Assembly (NCBI GenBank): GCA_964518565.1
Contig: CAZFGX010000001.1
Coordinates: 524,470 to 588,469, forward strand
Source of the DNA: an uncultured Gammaproteobacteria bacterium
GTDB lineage: Bacteria; Patescibacteriota; Microgenomatia; CAZETR01; Amesbacteraceae
Direction: 5' to 3'
Length of the DNA stretch: 64,000 bases
The notes below the pieces were generated by a model. It worked only from the letters and a program-made list of their open reading frames with translations, was not told where the DNA came from and made no database searches. Shown here in pieces: positions 29,705 to 37,623 of this stretch (position 1 is the first letter of the stretch; every line of letters begins with the position of its first letter). The translations under genes and the position numbers were made by a program.

Positions 29705-29989
29705 TTATTCAGCCTTTACCAGCAAGAATCTCATAATATCTTTTTCGGTTGTCAGCTTCTTGTCCAATTGTACCATCACGTCATTTGGCAGTTCAAGCAC
29801 CCACTGTAAATAATTAGCCTCATGAAGGTTTTGAATTGGGTAGGCCAATTGCTTGAGTCCCAGCTCAGACAATTTGACGGCCTTACCCTTAAAAGCCGTA
29901 ACGATCTTTTCGATTTTTTTGACAAACGTCTCTCGAGCCTCACCTTTGATATCGGCTTTCACTAAGACGGTAAGTTCATATTTATTCAT
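29705..29989 (-). CDS. rpsF: 30S ribosomal protein S6
   Basis: KYEL, G.KQLAYPI, IMRFLLVK; rpsF-ssb-rpsR synteny. Confidence 0.95.
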   Translation of the reverse strand: MNKYELTVLVKADIKGEARETFVKKIEKIVTAFKGKAVKLSELGLKQLAYPIQNLHEANYLQWVLELPNDVMVQLDKKLTTEKDIMRFLLVKAE

Positions 29990-30006
29990 AACAAGTTGCG
30001 ATTATA

Positions 30007-31032
30007 CTAGACACCCACCTTGAACTCAACCACATCTCCTTCAGCCATCGTATAGTCTCGGCCTTCCATTCGTACCAAACCTGCTTCACGCGCTTTCACC
30101 CAGCCTCCGATACGTACAAAATCTGCAAACCCGACACAATCCGCCTTAATAAAATGTTTTTCGAAATCATTATGGATTACTCCCGCAGCCTGGGGTGCCT
30201 TGGTGCCCTTTCTAATTGTCCAGGCACGTACTTCTTTCTCCCCAGCCGTCAAGAATGTCTGCAAACCTAACACTTCAAATGCAGCACGCACTAGACGCGC
30301 CAAACCCGGCTCAGTCAAACCCAAACTAGCCAAATAGTCTTGTTGCTCAGCTTCAGACAAACCCGCCAAATCAGACTCGATTTGGGCAGAAATCACCACC
30401 CCATCTGCTCGAGTCTCTACGGCTCGAGACTCATCTACGTTATAGACCTTGATCACTGGTTTCATACTCAAAAGACCCATCTGCAATACCAATAATTGCT
30501 CCTCATCTGAAAACTGCATGTCTCGCACCGGCATACCAGCTTGCAATTGAACCAGCATCCGACTAGCCAGTTCAGATCGGACCTTATCCTTTTTTTGCTC
30601 ACGAATTTGCTCCAGCGTCTGCATATCTGCCATCAATAGTTCCATTTGAATGACTTCAAAATCCGACTGAGGATTTTCAGATCCAGCCCGAATCACATTT
30701 TCATCCTCAAAATCCCGCAACACCTGTACGATCGCGTCTGTTTCTCGAATATGCGCCAAAAATTTGTTTCCCAATCCTTCACCTGTACTTGCCCCTTTCA
30801 CTAGGCCTGCAATATCTACAAATGTCACCGTCGCCTCTACGATCTTTTGGCTCTGAACTACCTCAGCCAACTGTTTCAACCTACTATCTGGCACCGGCAC
30901 TACACCAGTATTCGGCTCTATGGTAGCAAAGGGGTAATTGGCCGCCAACGCCGCCTGCTTTTTCAGCATGGCATTAAACAAAGTAGACTTGCCAACATTC
31001 GGCAACCCAACAATCCCGACACTTAAGCTCAT
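30007..31032 (-). CDS. ychF: YchF ATPase
   Basis: GLPNVGKSTLFN, NYPFATIEPN, DIAGLVKGAS.GEGLGN, TGS domain. Confidence 0.97.
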   Translation of the reverse strand: MSLSVGIVGLPNVGKSTLFNAMLKKQAALAANYPFATIEPNTGVVPVPDSRLKQLAEVVQSQKIVEATVTFVDIAGLVKGASTGEGLGNKFLAHIRETDAIVQVLRDFEDENVIRAGSENPQSDFEVIQMELLMADMQTLEQIREQKKDKVRSELASRMLVQLQAGMPVRDMQFSDEEQLLVLQMGLLSMKPVIKVYNVDESRAVETRADGVVISAQIESDLAGLSEAEQQDYLASLGLTEPGLARLVRAAFEVLGLQTFLTAGEKEVRAWTIRKGTKAPQAAGVIHNDFEKHFIKADCVGFADFVRIGGWVKAREAGLVRMEGRDYTMAEGDVVEFKVGV

Positions 31033-31049
31033 ATCTGTGTATTTTACAT

Positions 31050-31598
31050 CTACTGGTGAATTCCGCACTCAACTGTTTGGAACATATGTCTTTCTTTCCA
31101 CATATACGCCGTGTCATCTCCTACCTTATTTGGCAAAGTTTTAACCACACTAAAAATTTTGTCATAATTACTCACTAGATCACGAATTGTGAGTACATCA
31201 AATGAAAACCATTTTTTATATTGTGAATTTTTGGAAAGATTTAACCCAGAGGTATATTCGAGTTTTCCATTTTTTTGACAATCAATTCCTACACTCAGAT
31301 TCCCAATACGCATAATTCTGGGAATCCTATCTTCACCATAAAAAAACATAACCTCACCCTTATCTTTAATATCCAGTTCGACTATCGAATCCCCTTCCCA
31401 CAGTTTAAAACCATGAACAGTCACATCTGACAAATCAGCGATATCCTCATAAAAATATTTTTCAATTCGCGCTTCCTTTTTGTGATCAAAATAAGAAGAA
31501 AACAGAATCCAAGCGCCAATATATATACACAAACCTAAAAAACAAATCCCCAACAAGAATAAAATGACTTTAAAAAATTTATTAAACAATAAAATCAT
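31050..31598 (-). CDS. Membrane-anchored hypothetical protein
   Basis: N-terminal TM, 182 aa, AT-rich. Confidence 0.65.
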   Translation of the reverse strand: MILLFNKFFKVILFLLGICFLGLCIYIGAWILFSSYFDHKKEARIEKYFYEDIADLSDVTVHGFKLWEGDSIVELDIKDKGEVMFFYGEDRIPRIMRIGNLSVGIDCQKNGKLEYTSGLNLSKNSQYKKWFSFDVLTIRDLVSNYDKIFSVVKTLPNKVGDDTAYMWKERHMFQTVECGIHQ

Positions 31599-31632
31599 TA
31601 TACGGAATCATACAAAATATGTCCTATAGTTT

Positions 31633-31743
31633 TTGACAATTTAGTTTAGATCAGATAAAATTAGCCAAATTTAGGTTCAAGCCCACTACGAGGCAAAACA
31701 ACCTAAATTAGCACATTTATAGTCTGCGAAATTGGAGGTACAT
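31633..31743 (+). promoter_or_regulatory. sigma70 promoter, hairpin, boxA-like motif and SD
   Basis: TTGACA(31633)-17-TAAAAT(31656); perfect 10-bp stem 31668-31677/31700-31709; GCACATTTATAG 31711; GGAGGT. Confidence 0.7.
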
Positions 31744-32028
31744 ATGATAACAGCAGTAGAAGCGACCCAGTTTGTCCGACGTTTTGTTGATTGGGCAAAA
31801 ATAGATAAGAACCCAAAAGAAGGCTGCAATAAGAAAGAATTTATCTATTGGAATTGTTGCGATTTTCACCGACAACTCAATACACAAATCAATGCCTTCC
31901 ACAACGAAGCTACAAAATTTGAAATCCAGTCAGAAGGTCAAGTGTTCAGCGTTCAGTGGTTTCTAGATTTCTGTACAAAATATGGCATTACTATGCCGGA
32001 AGACCGTCCAGAATACATGAAACCCTAA
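31744..32028 (+). CDS. Orphan hypothetical protein (94 aa)
   Basis: SD GGAGGT before ATG 31744. Confidence 0.72.
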   Translation: MITAVEATQFVRRFVDWAKIDKNPKEGCNKKEFIYWNCCDFHRQLNTQINAFHNEATKFEIQSEGQVFSVQWFLDFCTKYGITMPEDRPEYMKP

Positions 32029-32053
32029 TCAACCTCGACATCTAAGGAGAAAA

Positions 32054-32347
32054 ATGGCAAACGAAACAATTGAAGGAATAAAACTAATCCTTCACACTGG
32101 CGGCACAAACATTCCTGACGACCCGTCATTCCCATACAAACTGTACGCAAATCTTCGTCCACCAGAGTTGATGGACTTCACATTTATCGTGCTTTACGGC
32201 GGAAGCGAAGAAGTAATTGTCCGAGGAATGACAGTCGAAGCGATTGAGGCGTTCATTACCCAAAATCAACTCGAAACACATCCTCGTCTTCGCCGTCTAA
32301 TTATTACTGGACCAGAAGATAAAGAAATTCGTCGAACTGAAAAGTAA
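32054..32347 (+). CDS. Orphan hypothetical protein (97 aa)
   Basis: SD AAGGAG; LYGGSEE, HPRLRR. Confidence 0.75.
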   Translation: MANETIEGIKLILHTGGTNIPDDPSFPYKLYANLRPPELMDFTFIVLYGGSEEVIVRGMTVEAIEAFITQNQLETHPRLRRLIITGPEDKEIRRTEK

Positions 32348-32363
32348 TCCAATTCCAGACACC

Positions 32364-32402
32364 TACATTGTGGAGAGTATTCTCTCCACAATGTATTTTT
32401 TT
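32364..32402 (+). terminator. Intrinsic terminator
   Basis: Perfect 14-bp stem TACATTGTGGAGAG/CTCTCCACAATGTA plus T run. Confidence 0.88.
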
Positions 32403-32503
32403 GTATTAACTATTAATTAACCGAAATCTCTATCACCACGCGGCAGTTACTAGAACTTCTTGCTATATCTATACCTAAATCAGATTTGTTATGCTAGGCA
32501 TAG

Positions 32504-33037
32504 ATGAAAAAACATCTACTAATTTTAGCGCTAGGGTTTATTACAGCTTTAATACTCAATCGCACTGGGTTGCTGAATGAAATAGTTTTGAACACGAATC
32601 TCCACCCCATCGCCCGAAGTATATTCAGTGGATTTCTTTTTTCTTCCACATTCACAGCCAGCACAGGAGCATTTTTACTCGCAAAATTTTCTCAAAACCA
32701 GTCAGCATCTTTTATTGCCCTTACCGCAGGAGCAGGTGGAATGCTTTGCGATTTGCTGATATTTCATATTATAAAGAGCAAACAAAAAACACTACATCGT
32801 CAAGCAAAAAATCTAAACCATTTTTCGATTTTAAAAAAATTGGTTCATTTCAAAAAATTGTCTTGGACATTACCAATTGTTGGCGCTTGTATTATTGCTT
32901 CACCGCTCCCCGATGAAGTCGGCGTAGGTCTTATTGGTATAACCCGTATCTCATATAGTAAATTTTTGCTTCTATCATATATAGTAAATGTCGCTGGAAT
33001 GTTTTTATTCGTCAAAACAGCACTCATAGTCAGCTAA
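32504..33037 (+). CDS. Membrane hypothetical protein
   Basis: Several TM segments; IASPLPDEVG motif. Confidence 0.8.
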   Translation: MKKHLLILALGFITALILNRTGLLNEIVLNTNLHPIARSIFSGFLFSSTFTASTGAFLLAKFSQNQSASFIALTAGAGGMLCDLLIFHIIKSKQKTLHRQAKNLNHFSILKKLVHFKKLSWTLPIVGACIIASPLPDEVGVGLIGITRISYSKFLLLSYIVNVAGMFLFVKTALIVS

Positions 33038-33040
33038 ATC

Positions 33041-33463
33041 ATGTCCCACGATCGGGCTTCGGCCATTATTATCAAAAATCACCAAATTTTGGTCATCTTT
33101 CGCAAAAGTGAAGGCGAACAATTTTATTCTTTTCCTGGCGGGACTATTGAACCGGACGAAACACCAGAAAATGCTGTAGAACGCGAAGTAAAAGAAGAAA
33201 CCAGTTTAGATGTCACTAGATCTGACTATCTTTTCTCTGTCCAAGAACCTGTGCGTGAAGGTGGGCAAAGAAAAAATTATTTTTACGACTGTGATATTTC
33301 ATATGGTACACCAACACTAGCTGGACCAGAAAAAGCCAAGCATTCAGACACAAATTATTACGAACCCATGTGGATTAGTCTCGAAACACTACACAAAAGC
33401 GAATGGGGCACTGCAGACGAAGCCAGAAAATACATCGAAAACTACCTAGCCAGCAGAAAATAA
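33041..33463 (+). CDS. NUDIX hydrolase
   Basis: Nudix box GGTIEPDETPENAVEREVKEETSL. Confidence 0.93.
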   Translation: MSHDRASAIIIKNHQILVIFRKSEGEQFYSFPGGTIEPDETPENAVEREVKEETSLDVTRSDYLFSVQEPVREGGQRKNYFYDCDISYGTPTLAGPEKAKHSDTNYYEPMWISLETLHKSEWGTADEARKYIENYLASRK

Positions 33464-34726
33464 CACCATATTCTGCAACCACCACACAACAATTCCAGCG
33501 ATATATCCAATCACGGCTGGCAATGTCGCAATCTTCAAATACTTTCCAAAGGTTAGTTCTTTTACCATGCCCATCGCCACCACACCTGATACACTTCCAA
33601 TAATCAAAAAGGATCCACCTGTACCCACACACAACGCCAAAAGTGTCCAAATTCTCGGGTCAGTAGAATGTATCAAATTCATAGCCAATGCCGTAAGTGG
33701 CACGTTATCTAGTACCGCCGAAAATCCGCCCAAAAAGATGTTTCCCATCGCCATTCGAGCAAACGATGGTGCAGACCCATACAAAACAGTAGACAAAATT
33801 TCTAATGCGCCCAACGTCTTTAATGCAGCCACAGACAAAAGTATCCCAATAAAAAACTGCAATGAAGCCAAATCAGATTTTTTCAGTAGCTCATCCATGT
33901 CTATTTCTAGATGAGATCGCACATCTGTTTTTCGTTTTACCAACTCGATCAAAATCCACACAATTCCCAAGCCAATTAGCCGTCCCATATACGGTGGCAA
34001 GTTCAAAAAATTTAGCCCCAACGGCAAAACAAAACTTACCAAACACATTACCACAATCGCCCATTCACCTGTCGACAATGCTGTCGGCTCTGAATCAGTC
34101 TTTGGTTCTTCATTCGCAGTAATTTTCCACGCCATCAATAGTCCAGTCACACCTGCTAGAACCACTGCTGGTAAAAATGTCTGCGACAAGATCTCTGCAA
34201 CAGAAAACTTTTGTCCTAGCCACAAAATCAATGTCGTCACATCCCCTATTGGCGACCACGCACCACCGGCGTTAGACATAATAATTATTCCAGCAACGAC
34301 ACGCAACAAATTTTTCGGTCCAAAAAATTGACGAGCAATCTGAATCATGACAATGGTCACAGTCAAATTATCCAATGCCGAAGACAACAAAAACGTCATC
34401 GCACAAATAAAGCCAAACTGCGCCCTATCTTTCAATCCAATTTTCGATATCCATGCGCGTACCACATCAAAAAATCGGTAATGGATCAAAATTTCTACCA
34501 GAGTCATCGCCGAAAGCAAAAACACCACAATTCCAAAAATGTCATTTCCAGAATGAATTAGTTCCTGTTCCAAAACATGTGCCGGCAATCCCGAAATTGC
34601 CACCAGTATCCACATGACTCCAGCCAAAGACATAAACACTGCAGATTTATGGATTTGCAGCTTATGTTCAAAAATTACTGCAATATAAGCTACGACAAAT
34701 AGTAATAACCCAATGATTGCAAACAT
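33446..34726 (-). CDS. nhaD: NhaD-type Na+/H+ antiporter (IT superfamily)
   Basis: LDNLT, NAGGAWSPIGDVTT, DNVPL, GTGGSFLIIGS. Confidence 0.88.
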   Translation of the reverse strand: MFAIIGLLLFVVAYIAVIFEHKLQIHKSAVFMSLAGVMWILVAISGLPAHVLEQELIHSGNDIFGIVVFLLSAMTLVEILIHYRFFDVVRAWISKIGLKDRAQFGFICAMTFLLSSALDNLTVTIVMIQIARQFFGPKNLLRVVAGIIIMSNAGGAWSPIGDVTTLILWLGQKFSVAEILSQTFLPAVVLAGVTGLLMAWKITANEEPKTDSEPTALSTGEWAIVVMCLVSFVLPLGLNFLNLPPYMGRLIGLGIVWILIELVKRKTDVRSHLEIDMDELLKKSDLASLQFFIGILLSVAALKTLGALEILSTVLYGSAPSFARMAMGNIFLGGFSAVLDNVPLTALAMNLIHSTDPRIWTLLALCVGTGGSFLIIGSVSGVVAMGMVKELTFGKYLKIATLPAVIGYIAGIVVWWLQNMVLFSAG

Positions 34727-34730
34727 CGTA

Positions 34731-34743
34731 TATACTAAGTATA
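34731..34743. promoter_or_regulatory. Palindromic bidirectional -10 TATACT-A-AGTATA
   Basis: Lies in the 18-bp gap between divergent ATGs at 34726 (-) and 34745 (+). Confidence 0.6.
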
Positions 34744-34744
34744 C

Positions 34745-34888
34745 ATGGTTACTCCCAACGGTCGGGAAATACCTATTGGCAAATTTGCAGCCCTTGCCAT
34801 GATTCTTCTTCTCTCATTAGCAGTCGCAATGCGAGTCACTTCTACACCTCCTCAAGTAGCAGGTAGTTCAACCGAAAATTTGCCTTAA
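34745..34888 (+). CDS. 47-aa single-TM microprotein (not in the ORF track)
   Basis: MVTPNGREIPIGKFAALAMILLLSLAVAMRVTSTPPQVAGSSTENLP*; -10 box 8 nt upstream. Confidence 0.65.
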   Translation: MVTPNGREIPIGKFAALAMILLLSLAVAMRVTSTPPQVAGSSTENLP

Positions 34889-34890
34889 GG

Positions 34891-34946
34891 CCTATAATAA
34901 TACTTTGAGTGTCGTTCCTTAAAATTCTTTATCAGGTGAGGTGGGT
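34891..34946 (+). promoter_or_regulatory. -10, boxA-like motif and SD
   Basis: TATAAT 34893; GTTCCTTAAAAT 34914; GAGGTG. Confidence 0.55.
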
Positions 34947-35318
34947 ATGTATCCCAAAATTGTCTCGTATCCAGGAATAACTTCAGACAAAAACGGAAAA
35001 GTTGCATATGAAATTATCGACCAAAAAGTTTATTTTGCTGGCATTACCCCGACAGACATCTGCTCCTCGACTATTCAAGCCAGTGAAAATGTGATTACAG
35101 CAATTGCTCAAGCCGAAAATCTCGATTGGCAAGACATGCAATGGTTCGATATCCAAAGTGAAATGACGTATGTAGACCGCCTCGACGAACCGCTCGTCGT
35201 GTATCAAATCGGCATCTATCCGACAGATACTGGTGGTATTACCACACGTCTCAATCGTGTAATGCAAGAATTCGAAATTCCTTCTCAGATCTGGACAGAT
35301 TTTACTGGACTGATCTAA
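34947..35318 (+). CDS. Orphan hypothetical protein (123 aa)
   Basis: SD GAGGTG; STIQASENVITAIAQAE, WFDIQ. Confidence 0.72.
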   Translation: MYPKIVSYPGITSDKNGKVAYEIIDQKVYFAGITPTDICSSTIQASENVITAIAQAENLDWQDMQWFDIQSEMTYVDRLDEPLVVYQIGIYPTDTGGITTRLNRVMQEFEIPSQIWTDFTGLI

Positions 35319-35321
35319 AAA

Positions 35322-35355
35322 ATATGGGTGGTGGTCCAAAAACCGCCACCCATAT
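35322..35355 (+). terminator. Hairpin terminator after 35318
   Basis: ATATGGGTGGTGGT/ACCGCCACCCATAT stem; the T run is not immediately adjacent. Confidence 0.7.
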
Positions 35356-35396
35356 CAAATTTTTTGACCTTTCTCGCTGTCATCGAATTTACAAAT

Positions 35397-35427
35397 TAAA
35401 AAAGGCGCCCCTGCCAGAGCGCCTTTT
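35397..35427 (-). terminator. Intrinsic terminator for the 35451-35948 gene
   Basis: AAAAGGCGC/GCGCCTTTT with an upstream A run. Confidence 0.72.
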
Positions 35428-35450
35428 CAACAAACTTGTAAAAAGGATTT

Positions 35451-35948
35451 TTACATCCCTCCTCCTCCATGTCCCCAACCCCTGCCCATCATCGGACCTG
35501 GTAATACATAAGAAGAGTCTATTCCTTTGGATTTTGCCCATTCTACAGTCTCCTCATGCATTGCCTTCTTGTCCATTGTCGATCCTGGCTTATATTTCTC
35601 TCTCAGACTTGCCAATTCAGCCAAAATTTGCGTTTCTTGATCTGCAGTGATTTTCCCCGCAGAAACCAGAGCATCTAGTCGCTCCTTATCCTTATCCGCC
35701 ATTTGCTGAGGAGTTAGCGTTGGTCTAGGTGTCATAGATCCGCGTTGCTGGGTATGAAACTCAGTCATTGCGTTTTGTACCTGAGTTTTGTCCAAACCAA
35801 ACTTTTGGGACATAAATTGCACTAGATTTTGGAAAAAACCCGCATGAGTAGCATTGTCTTCTGCTGCATATACAGATGAAGTGGTCGCCACGCCTGAGCC
35901 AAGTGCTAAAAGCACAGCACCAGTTAAGACAACTTTTTTAATAGTCAT
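35451..35948 (-). CDS. Exported helical hypothetical protein
   Basis: SD AAAGGAGGTGAG; signal peptide; RLDALV.AGKIT..Q; Gly/Met-rich tail. Confidence 0.8.
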   Translation of the reverse strand: MTIKKVVLTGAVLLALGSGVATTSSVYAAEDNATHAGFFQNLVQFMSQKFGLDKTQVQNAMTEFHTQQRGSMTPRPTLTPQQMADKDKERLDALVSAGKITADQETQILAELASLREKYKPGSTMDKKAMHEETVEWAKSKGIDSSYVLPGPMMGRGWGHGGGGM

Positions 35949-36043
35949 ACTGCTCACCTCCTTTCATATAGCCCAAATATAATCCCTCTACCTGACATCC
36001 ACCTGAAACCAAAATTCTGATCAACATTTGCTAAACTAAATAC

Positions 36044-36430
36044 ATGACCTACAATCCACTGACGACTGAAGAAAAACATGTCATACAAGACAAGGGTACC
36101 GAAGCGCCGTTTTCCGGCGAATACGACGATTTTTTTGTCGATGGTACATTTATTTGTCGCAGATGTAACACGCCACTGTTTTCCTCAAAAGCCAAATTCG
36201 ATGCTGGCTGTGGATGGCCAGCATTTGATGACACCTATCCAAACGCAGTAAAACAACTTACCGATCCAGATGGGCATCGAACAGAGATCCAATGCAATCA
36301 TTGCAATGCACATCTTGGACATGTCTTTACTGGCGAGAAACTTACAGATAAAGATACCCGCCACTGTGTCAATTCCCTTTCAATACGTTTTATACCTGCG
36401 GACAAATCACTCCCTCCAGTGCTAAACTAA
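36044..36430 (+). CDS. msrB: Peptide methionine-R-sulfoxide reductase
   Basis: GTEAPFSG, CRRC, KFDAGCGWPAF, HLGHVF, RHCVNS. Confidence 0.96.
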   Translation: MTYNPLTTEEKHVIQDKGTEAPFSGEYDDFFVDGTFICRRCNTPLFSSKAKFDAGCGWPAFDDTYPNAVKQLTDPDGHRTEIQCNHCNAHLGHVFTGEKLTDKDTRHCVNSLSIRFIPADKSLPPVLN

Positions 36431-36434
36431 GCCA

Positions 36435-36773
36435 ATGAAAACCCTGATTCACATTTTCGTAACGGCCATTGCAATACTTATAACTACGCAAATTATTCCC
36501 GGATTTCACATTACCAATTTCATTACTGCCATCCTCGCTGCTCTGGTATTAGGCCTCCTCAATATGTTTGTTAAGCCAATATTATCTTTACTCACGCTTC
36601 CCATAAATATTCTTACATTGGGCTTATTCAAATTTATTCTCAACGCATTTATCCTCACTCTATCGGCAAAAATCGTCTCCGGATTTACTATAGATGGATT
36701 CATTCCCGCCCTTATTGGCAGCATACTCGTCACTTTCATCTCTTCACTCTTATCTTCAATTCTCAAAGACTAA
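36435..36773 (+). CDS. YvlD-like 4-TM 'phage holin family' membrane protein
   Basis: LN.FVKPIL..LTLP...LTLGLF...N. Confidence 0.88.
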   Translation: MKTLIHIFVTAIAILITTQIIPGFHITNFITAILAALVLGLLNMFVKPILSLLTLPINILTLGLFKFILNAFILTLSAKIVSGFTIDGFIPALIGSILVTFISSLLSSILKD

Positions 36774-36774
36774 C

Positions 36775-37623
36775 CTAATCTTTTTTCCATCGAGATACCG
36801 GTGTATCCACCCGACCAATTCGTTGTCCCAACCACAACACCATCCAAAGCAACCAGTAATTTACTTTTCCATGATAATGCTCTGATCCTTTTTTCAAAAA
36901 ATCAAATGCCTTCTTCTCACCCATTTGTTTACTGGCCATACCATGGTAATGTGTAAACTCAGCCGTGGGGCAATAATAAACCGATATTCCCAAACGTTTC
37001 AATCTGCGACAATATTCAATGTCTTCAAAATACAAGAATGTCTTCTCATCAAATAATCCTACTTTTTGTATCAATGAGCGAGACATGAGCCAACAAGCAG
37101 CAACAGCCCCTTCTACACGCACTGGCTCTGATCCTTGCGGTGCAAACATAAAATATCTTCCCTTTTGCCCCAAAAAATATTCAGCAATTGCCCCACCCAC
37201 TGTTGGTAAATAAAAACAGCTATCCTGAACTGTTTGATCTGGAAACCACAGCTTTCCCGCCAATAATGCATCTGGATATTTTTTTGCCAGTCGTAAAAAC
37301 TCAGGGATTGCTCCAGATCTGACCTCAATATCGGAATTTAACACCAATACATATTCACCTCGAGCAGATGCAATAGCCCGATTGTATCCGGCCGAAAAAC
37401 CAGTGTTCACTTCATTTTGTAAAAACGTCACCTTCGGAAATTTTTTCTTTATCATTTCCCCAACTCCATCATCAGATCCATTATCCAAAATAATCACCTC
37501 ACTTGGCTGATCATAAAAACCCGACTCTCGGTCAAAAATACTTTTAAGCAAGCCTTCCACAAACCCCTTCGTTTTATAATTCACTGCCACGATCGACAAT
37601 ACAATATCTGGCAATTTACTCAT
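36775..37623 (-). CDS. GT2 glycosyltransferase
   Basis: DNGSDD, N.GF..GYN, LNSD, FLYFEDIEYC. Confidence 0.92.
   Translation of the reverse strand: MSKLPDIVLSIVAVNYKTKGFVEGLLKSIFDRESGFYDQPSEVIILDNGSDDGVGEMIKKKFPKVTFLQNEVNTGFSAGYNRAIASARGEYVLVLNSDIEVRSGAIPEFLRLAKKYPDALLAGKLWFPDQTVQDSCFYLPTVGGAIAEYFLGQKGRYFMFAPQGSEPVRVEGAVAACWLMSRSLIQKVGLFDEKTFLYFEDIEYCRRLKRLGISVYYCPTAEFTHYHGMASKQMGEKKAFDFLKKGSEHYHGKVNYWLLWMVLWLGQRIGRVDTPVSRWKKD

Noticed and set aside
31678-31700. c-di-GMP riboswitch suggested by GGCAAA
   Set aside because: Lacks the GNRA tetraloop/receptor pair and second stem of the GEMM motif
36435-36773. Holin as evidence of a prophage
   Set aside because: YvlD-like 4-TM proteins are common chromosomal genes; no endolysin or structural genes nearby
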